This document shows, piece by piece, positions 25,443 through 36,587 of a stretch of DNA of 64,000 nucleotides. The position numbers and the translations under genes were made by a program. Origin of the DNA: Rhizodiscina lignyota (lineage: Eukaryota). The DNA lies in contig ML978130.1 in assembly GCA_010015805.1 (NCBI GenBank), positions 496,001 to 560,000 of the forward strand, in the 5' to 3' direction. The notes beneath the pieces are model-generated. The model was not told the origin of the DNA. It saw nothing but the letters and a program-made list of their open reading frames with translations, and did no database searches. Position 1 is the stretch's first letter, and each line of letters starts with the position of its first letter.

Positions 25443-27722
25443 ATGTTGGCCCCGGACTTCGGTTGGCAGAAGACGAGAGGGCGTATAGCACGTCAATTCC
25501 GCGTCAATATTGTGTTCAAAACGCTCCTTCGAGTAAAGCTCTTTCGTAAACTCCGCAGTAAGCATAAAGCCATTGTTCATACCCTCCATCCCGCTCCAAC
25601 TGACAGTTACGCAGAGAGTTACCTCCAGCGCAAGTTATCGACCTCATCCCCATACCGACCGCTCCGCGACAGGATGATTCGTCTGCTCGAACTCCGCCCT
25701 GGGTATGCCCTGAGCACTATCCAGTGCAGTTTCTTGTACTTTAATCTTGACTCCGGGGAGCACCTCGATACACATCAGCCTTATGCCGCTCTCTCGTGGG
25801 CGTGGCAGGGTCAAAAGTCTACCATACCGATTTCGGTGAATGGGACATTGATGCTGGTCTCGGAGAATTTGTTCCTTGCTTTGCTCCACCTCCGAAAGCG
25901 AGAAGTCAGAATGCTTTGGGTTGATGCGGTCTGCATTAATCAAAATGATCTTGAGGAGCGTGAAAAACAAGTTCGTCTTATGGGAGAGATCTACCAAAAA
26001 GCGACAGTTGTCCACGCCTGGCTCGGAGACAGTGATAGCTTCAGCACGCAAGCCTTCGATGCTCTGCATGGTATGCTGCAGTACCTGAACTGGTACGAGA
26101 CAAGGGTGAAGCGCGTTGTCGACCCGGGCAAGATGCCACCAGACCCGAAGAAGTGGAGGGCAATCTCAGAACTTCTCTACAGGCCTTGGTTCCGTCGCAC
26201 ATGGATCCTTCAAGAGGTCTTACTTGCTCGCCAGGTTCTTCTCATATGTGGCAAGGACGTAATTGCCATGAACGCCTTCTTGGCGATTATTAACGCCATG
26301 CTCCATGCGAATTCCCTGCATCCCATTCTGAGCTTCCATCCCAATCACCTTGAGGCATCAGGGGGACCTATGGAGATAACAATCCACCAGCTGGAGTTCT
26401 TAGTACAGGCGCACTGTGAATATGTAATAGATCCCTTACGGCGCTGGAAGCGTACCCTTCTGGGTTTGCTGGTTGAGACTCGACTGGCGGAAGTGTCAGA
26501 TCATCGTGACAAGGTATACGGCATATTCGGTCTAGCTGAGGACACCGGATCTCTGGGTTATCGAAACAAGAATTCTGAATGGGTCCCATTCAAAATTGAC
26601 TACACTATCCCGAAAGAGAGAGTCTTCATCAATGTCGCCAAGGCCATACTCTACACCACGAAAGATTTGCAATTATTAAGATTTGTAGAGAATAAAGTGC
26701 ATGTCAACGATGGGATTCCATCATGGGTTCCAAACTGGGCAGTGGAAGGGCGCCACAGTCTTGATTCTCCAGGATCTTTCGCACCTCTCTTCGCATCAAA
26801 GGATTCCAATGCTCGACCAAGGTCACCTGGCTCCTGGCGAGAGGACTGCCAAGGACTGGATGGTGACCATCAGTACTGTCGGCGACGTAGAGAAATTTCA
26901 ATATATTGCGCACCAGATTTTTCGTTCGATTGTGACGATAATCTAATCATTAAAGGAGTCCAATTTGATACAATTACCTCCGTATCGCAACTGGCATATC
27001 CTCGACACGACTGGGTTCACAACTTGGATCCACACACACATGACCCAGAAGAGAAACAGAAGTTAGCTCAAAACGTCGAGCAAGGACTTGATCAGGTCTG
27101 CAATTGGATCGATGATTGTATCAAGACGGCTTCAAAATCCTCGCTATATGCGAGAGGTGGTGAAGTTGACCGCACACTCTGGCGTTTGCTCCGAGGATCG
27201 AAACCGAAAGACGACTCTGATAGCATTCTTTCTAGTACTCAGTCTGTCAAACGGATACGCGATGCTCAATCAGCGGCCTCAGTCGTGCGAAAACTGTGCT
27301 TGTCCCCCTGCTTAGATGCGGAAGGCCCGCTAGCGGAAATCGTTCTAGAGGCAGCTGTTTCGCAAACTGAAGAGAAACTCTCTGAGCTCGAACAGGTATC
27401 ACAGGCATGCAATCATAGAAGGTTCGCTACGACTAGAAAGCAACACCTGAGCCTGGTCCCACAGAGAGCGGGGGTGGGGGATATCATATGCGTCTTTTAT
27501 GGTTTTGAGTATCCCGTAGTCTTGCGGAGGATTAGCGGTGATACATTTCAATTTCTGGGAACATGTGTCGTTGAGGGGTTTGACTTTGACACCGCGGTTG
27601 CAGACTTACTCGGTGCAAAGGACTCAGGAGTTAAGAAACGGTCCACCTCCAGGTCTTATGATACACCTGGGCGGAAAGTATACACATCTCTAAAGCGAGC
27701 GAGAAATTTCAGGATTGCATAA
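25443..27722 (+). CDS. HET-domain (heterokaryon incompatibility, HET-6-like) protein; start uncertain
   Basis: YAALSWAW, LWVDAVCINQNDLEEREKQVRLMGEIYQKATVVHAWLG, RPWFRRTWILQE, DHRDKVYGIFGL, PSWVPNW and C-terminal GDIICVFYG..LGTCVVEG. Confidence 0.93.
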   Translation: MLAPDFGWQKTRGRIARQFRVNIVFKTLLRVKLFRKLRSKHKAIVHTLHPAPTDSYAESYLQRKLSTSSPYRPLRDRMIRLLELRPGYALSTIQCSFLYFNLDSGEHLDTHQPYAALSWAWQGQKSTIPISVNGTLMLVSENLFLALLHLRKREVRMLWVDAVCINQNDLEEREKQVRLMGEIYQKATVVHAWLGDSDSFSTQAFDALHGMLQYLNWYETRVKRVVDPGKMPPDPKKWRAISELLYRPWFRRTWILQEVLLARQVLLICGKDVIAMNAFLAIINAMLHANSLHPILSFHPNHLEASGGPMEITIHQLEFLVQAHCEYVIDPLRRWKRTLLGLLVETRLAEVSDHRDKVYGIFGLAEDTGSLGYRNKNSEWVPFKIDYTIPKERVFINVAKAILYTTKDLQLLRFVENKVHVNDGIPSWVPNWAVEGRHSLDSPGSFAPLFASKDSNARPRSPGSWREDCQGLDGDHQYCRRRREISIYCAPDFSFDCDDNLIIKGVQFDTITSVSQLAYPRHDWVHNLDPHTHDPEEKQKLAQNVEQGLDQVCNWIDDCIKTASKSSLYARGGEVDRTLWRLLRGSKPKDDSDSILSSTQSVKRIRDAQSAASVVRKLCLSPCLDAEGPLAEIVLEAAVSQTEEKLSELEQVSQACNHRRFATTRKQHLSLVPQRAGVGDIICVFYGFEYPVVLRRISGDTFQFLGTCVVEGFDFDTAVADLLGAKDSGVKKRSTSRSYDTPGRKVYTSLKRARNFRIA

Positions 27723-28883
27723 GGTCATAACAAAGGTAGAGCTTAGTAAGTCAAGTAAAGCGCAGAAGAAATTGTGACCATGAGAGTTAAAAGTTAGAGT
27801 TCAAGCATCGACTACAATTATTCTACTGGCGGCTCACTGACTAGTTATAGAGTGATAGCCAAGAGACCTTCCCATTCGACCCTTCGTTTCAGAGACCCGC
27901 ATTTCTTCGACAAATCTATCCGCATCTCGTCAAGATCTTTGTGGCGAAGTTGACCTCCCAAGTACGTTCACACAGATAGCTTATGGGGATGTGTATAGTC
28001 GCAAGGCGAGAGAATGGAACTCCCCGTGACCGATTATCCACTAGATCAGCTTTGACATGTGCTCAGTGTGTTGGCAAACTGTTATCAACTTCCATATTCC
28101 CGAGACGTGTTCAAGCCATTTGGAGTAAGATCGACTGGAATGGCTCCAACAAAATGCATCTGCCGGATCAGTGCTACCATTGGGATATCAACATTTTTGC
28201 ACGTTCATGATAGCTCAGTTCTCTACTAGGGTCATCCTTTAGCTCCTATAGCAAGCTGCGAACCCATCCTTGGCCAGCCCAAGGAGGTGTGGTACAGTCA
28301 CGCGATATCGAACGTATGGTGAGCAGAGTAATCAGAAGCAGTTAGAGCTCTTCAGTCGATCTTACCATCCACAGTAAAACAGTTATCGTCCTTGTTGCGA
28401 TCATCAAGTGGCGTGAAGATCTTTTCTCCGAGTTTGGGCAGCGTCGTGAGTTGTCACAGCCTAACCCCACAAAACCCCAGGATTGGCTTGTTATGCAACA
28501 GTTCGAACCACAAAATCTCATGTATGCAACTCGGGAGTGCCCGCCTCACCAACTGATCATCGCGACACTAAAATGACGGGAAATACTGCGGTATCACTTG
28601 ACTCGGAAACATCGGGTTCTAGTTGAGATGGGAATAGGTGAGGGAAATGAAAGATAAAAGGCATCAGCCTTTCCCGTTTGAATTCTTGAATTAGAGCTCT
28701 GATCCCACCCTTCGTTTCATCGTCTGCAAAGAGTATCTTTGCTTTCAGATTCTCCCGTGGAGCCAGGAGCTTCCTGTTCAATTGTATCCCTTTAATCAGT
28801 TGATCGATCGCTCAATCAATCAGCCCTCATTTCTATACAACGCTCTCCTTCAAGGAAACACACAGAAACATCAAAGCTACAAA

Positions 28884-29519
28884 ATGCCGAAATCAGTGCA
28901 TTACCAACAGTCGCAACCTGCACATGAGCCTCCTCGTGAGCCGAGGAGACATAATTCCTACCCAGAAGACCGCGAAACTGCTCGGGGACGTAACCGGGAA
29001 CGGCAGGACTCTGAACAATCCCGTACGCTATCACACATTCCACACCGCTCGTCCTCTCGCTCGATGTCCCGCTCACCATCACCTCGCCGTCATAGGCATC
29101 ATCGTCGTCAAAGTCAGTCTCGCTCGCCGTCACCTCGACGATCGAAGCTCGACTACGACTATAACGACGAGGACCCAGAGAAACCATGGTTCAAGAAGAA
29201 GACTCTGTGGGCCACCGTCGGCACGCTTGCTGCTGTAGCAGCCTTGGTTCCTGCTACAGTCTCCGCACGCGCCAGTCAAGATGCCGCATTAGCCAGTCAG
29301 CAGAGCGCACGCGCGGCGGAGCGGTCTTCTCACGCTGTCATTAATACAACGGTTGCGAACAGGCATATGGATCACAGAGGACGATATACTGGGCCAATCG
29401 ATCGTGCTCGTCGCCCTGGATTGATCGAGCGGAGGTCTTCTTCTGGATATGGAAGTGTTGGGAGCGGGAGAATGAAAAGACTGGAATATGAACAGTCTCT
29501 TGGGAGAGTGTCGTGGTGA
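28884..29519 (+). CDS. Arg/Ser-rich protein with one hydrophobic segment, unknown function
   Basis: 211-aa ORF with a good start context (caaaATG), RSPSPRR twice and a hydrophobic stretch LWATVGTLAAVAALVPATVSA. Confidence 0.7.
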   Translation: MPKSVHYQQSQPAHEPPREPRRHNSYPEDRETARGRNRERQDSEQSRTLSHIPHRSSSRSMSRSPSPRRHRHHRRQSQSRSPSPRRSKLDYDYNDEDPEKPWFKKKTLWATVGTLAAVAALVPATVSARASQDAALASQQSARAAERSSHAVINTTVANRHMDHRGRYTGPIDRARRPGLIERRSSSGYGSVGSGRMKRLEYEQSLGRVSW

Positions 29520-29800
29520 AGTTAATGTAACTATTGGGATAATGTGGAGTGGATCTTTTGGGTTTCTCGGCGCATTCTTCTGTGTGAAGACATTCGGCAC
29601 AGATAATGAAGATGTTTTCTGATCAGGTTGCTAATCTTACCTAACAATGACGATTCGTCTTTATCACGAATGAATTTTGCGTTGACTAAGTTCGAAGTGG
29701 TATCAGCTTAATTAATCAATTTATTGTGGACCTCATGTGCCTTCTTCAAGTTTGTCGTACTCAAGTACCTCCGTACACACTACCTGCGACTTAAGACATT

Positions 29801-30978
29801 CTAAGAATGCCCTGCCACCGCTCGAGCAACATATGGCTCTTCCAGATACTGCACTTCCTCATCTGTCAAAGACTTTCCCCGCAGTTCACAGACGTCTTCA
29901 ACCTTTTCAACTGAATTGATGCCCACAACCGGTATCGAACCTTTGCTCTTATGCCAGGCCAACGCCACATGGCTCATCTTCCAGCCCTTCTTCGTCGCCA
30001 ACTCCTCGACCCTCGAGATGATCTCTTCATCGGCTGTAGTGACACCTGGATGATGTGATGATGGCCGCTTAGACCGAATTGACTTGTCATAACCCAGCGG
30101 CCGAGCCAGTCTACCAGCAAACAATGGCGACCAAGGGACGATGCCAACGCCGGTCTTTTTACAGAAGCGAATCATCTCACGCTCCTCTTCGCGGTAACAG
30201 AGATTGTAATAGTTCTGCATGCTGACGAACTTGGTCCAGCCATTCTTTTCCGCGACGAACTGCAGCTGCGCGAATTGGGTGGCCCACATAGAACTTGCGC
30301 CAAGGTAGCGAACCTTGCCAGCTTCCACGAGGTCGTGCAGTGCCTTCATGGTCTCCTCCAGTGGAGTGGAATGATCATAGCGATGGATTTGAAGCACGTC
30401 AATGTATGTGGTCCCCAGACGGGCAAGGGAATTGTCAACCCCAGTGAAGATCGAGCTACGGGACAAACCTGGATCTTGGTCAATATCCCAGTCAAGGCAG
30501 CTGGCAGTATCATTCGAGCTAAGAACTCTCACTCACCACCTTGGTTGATATAGTCCTTGCTCTGGTTCAAGTGCTCCAAGTAAACAGGCCCATACACATT
30601 CGGCTCCTCTCCCACATGGAAGGCGCACTTAGTCATGATGACCACTTTCTGGCGTGGAATGTTGAGCTTTCGGATAGCTTTGCCGATTAGCTCTTCGCTG
30701 AGGCCATTAGAGTACGAGTTCGCTGTGTCCCAGGTGTTGATACCGCAATCATAGGCTGCTTTCAGCACCTCGAGCGAGTCATCCTCATCTAACAGCCATT
30801 GGGCGGCACCAAACTCCTTAGAGCCAAAACCCATGCAACCCAGGATGGGCAACGAGACTCGAAGGCCAGAGGACCCCAAGTTGACGTAGTCGACTTTGGT
30901 AGAGTCGAGCGACTTTCGGAGCGATTGCGGGAACTGCAGGTTAAGTTGCGTCTGCAGATTTCGCTTTGGTTGAGACAT
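29801..30978 (-). CDS. Aldo-keto reductase
   Basis: [36 protein letters not shown]; intron 30536-30469; [15 protein letters not shown] and [11 protein letters not shown]. Confidence 0.94.
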
Positions 30979-32033
30979 CGCCGGCCTGTATCTCTGCGAT
31001 TGAAATTGGTAGTGGGAGTCTCAAATACGCTCTTCAATGTATGTCAGTGCTCGTCGTGCACGAATGACTGAGGAAGAAGCACAAAGATCTATGCCAGACT
31101 CAAGGAGGTCCATTGAGCCTTTTATATTCATCTTGGGTTGGTTTCATCAGACCTCCGGACGATTGGCGGCAAAGAACTAAGTTCGGTTTTAAAATATTTT
31201 GCCGCAAAATCCGAGGTTTGAGTGCCATTGTACGAGGCATCGTGGAGCTTGGAACATAATGGTACCGTTGGAACGAAGCAGAGTCCGAGGCGTCGTGTGC
31301 AAGGAACGACGCAAAGTTCTTGCCCCGACTAGCCATTGGCTCGGTTAAACTACGGGGATACTTCTGCTCGTGGGTATCTCCGTAAAGGGTAAAGCGCGTT
31401 CACGGAGCACGGGCTAAGGAGGCGACTTCGTCCGGCTGTTGTCCTTCCCTTTACCTTGGGCCAGAACATTTGCTCTCTCGGTTGCTCCAGATGATCCGGA
31501 TCTTACGTCAAATCCTCTGAGATGGCGCGAAATTGAGTATGGGTGAGAGAGGCGGCCTAGAGAGTCTCTTAATGCCTTGATCACGGCAGCTATTGGAAGT
31601 AGCACTGCAGAGATGTCCGACGCTGAAGCCAGAGTTCGGAGCTGAAAGCGTAAGGCCCCAATGGTCAGAACCAAGAGTGATATTAACAATGGCGAACCTA
31701 GGGTTCAAACATGGCGGCTGGGACATCTCTTCTGGACAGCTCAGAGATTCTGTGGCAGGAAACCAAATTTGAGAAACCTCTCATCTGGATAGGGAATGGT
31801 TTGTTTGGGAACTAGGAAGTCTATTAGTGATGAGTTTATTGACAATCTTCGCGCGGATTTTCCATTACTACGGCTGTGGGACGGAAATGAAAAGACCAGG
31901 AGACCTCCTCTTGGCTTGGCTCGTCTGACTTCTCACCAAAGTTGAATCGACACGATTGACCCAGCACGCCCGAACAGCCCCAGATGAAGTGCTACCGTTT
32001 AGATGTCTTGGTGCCGGAGAGTGCAAATGTGCC

Positions 32034-32357
32034 ATGTCGTCCTCTTCTGGCGTCCGTGTTTTATCTGAAAGCCTACTAGCTGATGACAATTTCCGCATTC
32101 TGGAGATTATCCTTGCGTTAGATGGCGTCGTAGAATGCCTTTTGCATGCAGGCCGCCTCTCTGAGAGCAAGTATGCTTACGAGGCCCTGTCATACAACTG
32201 GACTCAGGGACCATCCTATCTTAAAAACGAAGTCACTACGGTCACAATTCGTTTAAATGGATTCGATCTTACGGTGGGATCCAATCTAGCCGCCGCCCTA
32301 CGAAGGCTGCGAAACAAGAAAGCTCCCAAGATGGTCTGGGGGGATGCATGGTGTATC
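32034..32357 (+). pseudogene. 5' fragment of a HET-domain gene, truncated after WxDAxCI
   Basis: FRILEI..VVECLL..YEALSYNW..IRLNG..VGSNLAAALRRLR..VWGDAWCI, followed abruptly by unrelated pyrimidine-rich sequence. Confidence 0.85.
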
Positions 32358-32549
32358 TATTACCTTCTTACTATTATTTCGTTCTACTTCCCACAGTCCC
32401 TCTTCCTCCTTTCCATCAGAACGATTATATTTTCATTCTGTGTCTCCAAAAGGAGCTACAAATCTGTTCTTTGACTCTGTACTGATGTATTCGGTGTAAA
32501 GCTTTGGCATCATGCCGGCTTACTTTTCGTTCTTGGCAAAAACGCAATC

Positions 32550-32800
32550 CGTCTGATGCATTTAAGCGTCGCATCACAGATCTGGATGAGGGCCGTGCCA
32601 ACGAACTTGAGTACTATCTGGCTGTGCCGCCTTTAGATAAGTGCGATAAGCCGCCAGTCTGGTGGGAGGAGCACTATTTTGAATATCTAATTGTTAACAG
32701 GATGACATTCGACATCTTCCCAATCCCCTGCCTCGTCAGGCCGCTCAGAGCCCCCCTTCTCATCTGCCGGCGATACAGTGACTGAGGATAGAGGATAGAT
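32550..32800 (+). mobile_element. hAT transposase relic (C-terminal dimerisation domain)
   Basis: NELEYYL..PPVWW..Y..VNRMTFDIFPIP then, after a frameshift, ASSGRSEPPFSSAGDTVTEDR; this matches the hAT pattern PLxWW..P.L..MA.D.L.IPAsS..SER.FS.A. Confidence 0.8.
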
Positions 32801-32970
32801 GAAGAGTTCAACGGTTCCGAGTATCGAAGTTACCAAGTCAGCTATACGCTCTGGCGTTGCGTCACTAGACGGATTTGTTTTCAACGCTCTACCACCTCCA
32901 GAGGAGCACCAGCAACCTCCAGCAGCGAATTAAGCATTAACAGGCGGCTTCACGGCGTCGAGGCGTCATT

Positions 32971-33126
32971 TTAATGGAGCACCTTCAATACCTTACCAAG
33001 CATCACAGATTTTATAGGATGTGATTGGCTTGAGACGCAATCAGGCCATTCACCTGATTGGTAACCGTTATTATTGACGCTGATTTGCCCAAGGGGCGAC
33101 CTAGGTGCACTGCGTTGAGGTGGCAT
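32971..33126 (-). mobile_element. Possible 5' relic of a fungal Tc1/mariner-type transposase
   Basis: MPPQRSAPRSPLGQISVNN resembles the RxPLxxISxN start I recall for fungal Tc1-like transposases. No DDE domain or TIR is seen. Confidence 0.4.
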
Positions 33127-33249
33127 TTGATAATTTTCGGTAATTTCGATGAGCTTAACAAAAGAACAACTTAATGACTGAATAGATAAGAGATACAGTA
33201 AAAACAACCCAAAAATTTCAGCAAAGTAATCCATTATAAACAAATATCC

Positions 33250-34109
33250 TTACAGCGTCATTGACACAACAGCGCTCAGGCCCACTAATCCGATAGTAAT
33301 CCATCCGGCCTTTGATACTGAAACAGTGGTACCGGCACCAGATTGGGGAGCAGGCGGGGCTGTCGTATTTGGTGCTGTCGGATTGCCTGACGGCTTAAGG
33401 TGAGCTGAAGTGGAGGTCGTGAAGCTTGTCTTTACTGCGTTGGTATTTACGGTAGAAGTCGAGGCCATCTGTGATAATTCATCGCTCGTGCTTGCGGTCA
33501 TCGATGAGGTTTCCGAGGTAATAGCCGAGTCTCTTGGGAGAATTTGCAGGATACCAGCAAAGGCAGAAGCAGCAGCTATCGCCGGTGGAGTTGACACCTC
33601 GGATATAGCAAATCCTTGGGCGGGCGTCTGGGACGGGCTTCCAGGAAATGAAGGGATAGGGAAACCTCTTGGGAGGATATCCAAGATAGCAGCAATATCA
33701 GAAGCAGCAGCTATCACCGGTGGTGTAGGGGCCGGGCTTTCAGGAGAACCGAGACNNNNNNNNNNNNNNNNNNNNNNNNNNNNNNNNNNNNNNNNNNNNN
33801 NNNNNNNNNNNNNNNNNNNNNNNNNNNNNNNNNNNNNNNNNNNNNNNNNNNNNNNNNNNNNNNNNNNNNNNNNNNNNNNNNNNNNNNNNNNNNNNNNNNN
33901 NNNNNNNNNNNNNNNNNNNNNNNNNNNNNNNNNNNNNNNNNNNNNNNNNNNNNNNNNNNNNNNNNNNNNNNNNNNNNNNNGAGGATATCTAAGATGCTAG
34001 CAATATCAGAAGCAGCAGCTATCGCCGGTGGTGTAGACACCACAGAAATAGCATCTGGTTGGACGGGCGTAGGGGCCGGGCTTCCAGGAAAATTGAGAGA
34101 AAAACCCAT
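33250..34109 (-). CDS. Tandem-repeat protein (units up to about 45 aa ending in ILPR) with Ser/Thr stalk and hydrophobic C-terminal anchor; spans an assembly gap
   Basis: The same repeat unit occurs on both sides of the N gap (AIAAASDIASILDIL / VIAAASDIAAILDILPR / AIAAASAFAGILQILPR). The C-terminus is SGAGTTVSVSKAGWITIGLVGLSAVVSMTL. Confidence 0.7.
33756..33980. other. Assembly gap (225 N) inside a coding tandem repeat
   Basis: Run of n characters with repeat copies on both sides. Confidence 1.
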
Positions 34110-35099
34110 TATGAAATTTGTTGATAATGAAGGTTATAAGGAGATTGAGTCACTAAGAGAGTGTTGAGAATAGGATAAATAGAGATAGATAATTAAGAAA
34201 TATTCAAACTGAAAGGTATTACAAACTCACTATATATTATTCTCTCATATGAGGCGGAGATGCTGTTCTGGAATATTTAGAAAAAGTAAGAGGCTATGTT
34301 CGGAGAGATAGCAATATTTACCTTTTCTAAATATAGTTTGGTAGTATGGCTCTGTCGAATTCAACCCTTACTCTAGCCTAAACAGAGTTGACTAGACGAA
34401 GGTAAGGGTCATGCTATCTATTCTAGATGTACAGTTTCAATGAAAGAGTCTCCGCATTTTCTATGTGCGCCGAACCTACGGGACCGTCTTTCCCTCGCCC
34501 TCCGTGACTAATCGGCGACTTTTGCGTGGACAATAAATATCCGAATGAATTTATTGGCTCAATCGAGTAAAAAGCGGATGAAAATATCTGGCACTAGGTA
34601 TCTTTAAATTAAAATGTGGATCCTTTACATAGATTGTAAAATACTACTCCTATACGAACCCGCCAAAGAGCATAGGATAGCTAGAAACACATCAGCGTGA
34701 CAATAGCGGCCCAGACCAAGTCTCTTTCTAGGGTTAAGAAAGACTGTGACGCTGCATTCAATACTATAGGAGTATACGTGAGTATGAAATAGAAACTGCT
34801 TGAGGATAGGAACGATAACTGCGACGGAAAAATTATCGTGGGCCCGTGGGCTCGTTGTGGGAACGGAAGCTCGGACCCAGGGGTTTTCATCGTAAACGAC
34901 TTGAGCAATGAGAGGAGCACTCTAGAGAGTAGCGTTAGTTTGCCCCAACCAAAACGGCACTACGGAAAGGAGTCAGCTGTACAAGCAAACTCCGCCTGTG
35001 TCCCTTCGCCCTGAATGGGCTGTCACATCGCTCGCTACGCATTCTCCTGACATCGCCGGCTAGCATGCCGAGTTTAATCCTTGAACTGCTGTTCTCAGT

Positions 35100-36476
35100 A
35101 TCCAAATTCTGGCAATATCTTTTCCCTCTACCATTCTCGATGGTTCTCTCATGTTTGGTCATCCAAGAGGCTGCACTTGGCACTTGCTCGTGCTGCTATC
35201 GTGCTCCGGGATGAGTGCGAGATATCTTGGAAATGAGCAAGAACGACTGCGGCGATAATAAGGATGAAATATGACCCACTCCGAAGCTCGATCCGGGAAG
35301 AGTTCGTTCTTCCCTTCTTGTGTGGGCCTCCGTCTCGTCGAGTACCCACCGGAGTCGTCAAATGCCGACTTATCTACAGGCTATCCAAGTTACAGGCCCA
35401 GTCACGACCTCTCCAATTCACGTTCAGCGAACTTCTGAAGTTGACCAGGCGGTTCAAATGCAAGGACGGTTGAGACCACATCTTTGGTGTCTTGGTTCTC
35501 CTAACTGTAGACAACATCAGCCGTGATATCGTCCCGGACTATAGCAAGTCTGCTTCAGAAGTCCACCTTTTCGTTGCTCGGAAGATCATCAACTCATCCT
35601 CTTCACTTTCACTACTTTCGAGCGTCCAAATGGGCAGTTGGCATAGTAAGCGGTTCGATGAATCAATTCTTCCCCGGTACCACAATGGAATTTCCTTCTG
35701 ACTCAAAGCTTGAATCCGTCACTTCTACGCCCTGACTTCGCAGCTTCTACGGACAGGCCTGCTCAACTGAAAGACTGCAACGATCAGCGAGAGCTAATAG
35801 TTCGCGGCATTGTGGTTGACAAGGTGAGGGATTGTCGCTGCTCGTATTCTTCCGACTTTCACCTTGGTGTCAAGAAATGACAGGTCGTGGATATCCAGCT
35901 GAACTTGAAGACATTAATGAAATGCTGGATAGATGCAGACACACAAAAGCAGATCTAGAGAGTATTGCTCTGACATTTACAGCCGGCCAGAACTGGTACG
36001 GCGTTTTGGTGCAGAATGTCTCGGCACATGTTGCTGACTATGCGCGCTGTCTTGTTAAAGAAGGGCTGCTTTGATCTCTCAACGACAAGGCATTCAGCAC
36101 TAGCAGACAGAGCGACATCACAAATCAAGAGGGAGGTGTCATGAATCGGATTCGCCGAATTCTGGATAATACCAGGCTTGGATACAACGACCTTGAAGGC
36201 ATTTCTATAGGAGGTAATGCAGATCGCTTTCTTGACGCCACAGCTACAGTCTCCGAGTACCGCGCAAGATTTACGACTGAGCATGGAATGTTTGGCGTCG
36301 GCCCGATGTTCATGGAGCTGAATGACATGCTCTGCATTCTGTACGGCGCTACTGTTGCTTTCATAATCAGGCCGAAAGGGGCTGGATATCTTCTAATGGG
36401 AGAGTGCTATGTATACGATCTCATGCGTGGAGAAGCTGTTGAGCCGCTCAGTGAGGCCTGGGTTGAATTACTCTGA
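35100..36476 (+). pseudogene. 3' part of a HET-domain (HET-6-like) gene, degraded by frameshifts and stops
   Basis: RWFSHVW/IQEAAL(AR) at 35138-35190, LLKLTRRFKCKDG*DHIFGVL, IVPDYSKSASEV and FTTEHGMFGVGP..NDMLCILYGATVAFIIRP..YLLMGECYVYDLMRGEA. Confidence 0.88.
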
Positions 36477-36587
36477 CGTTGTATTCTACAGTAGGCGCAC
36501 ATTTAAGCTTTCTCCGCTCATACTTTAAAGCAAAGCTGACAATTCTTCTAATCAGGCCAGTACGAACAGCCAAAGAACATGCCATAA

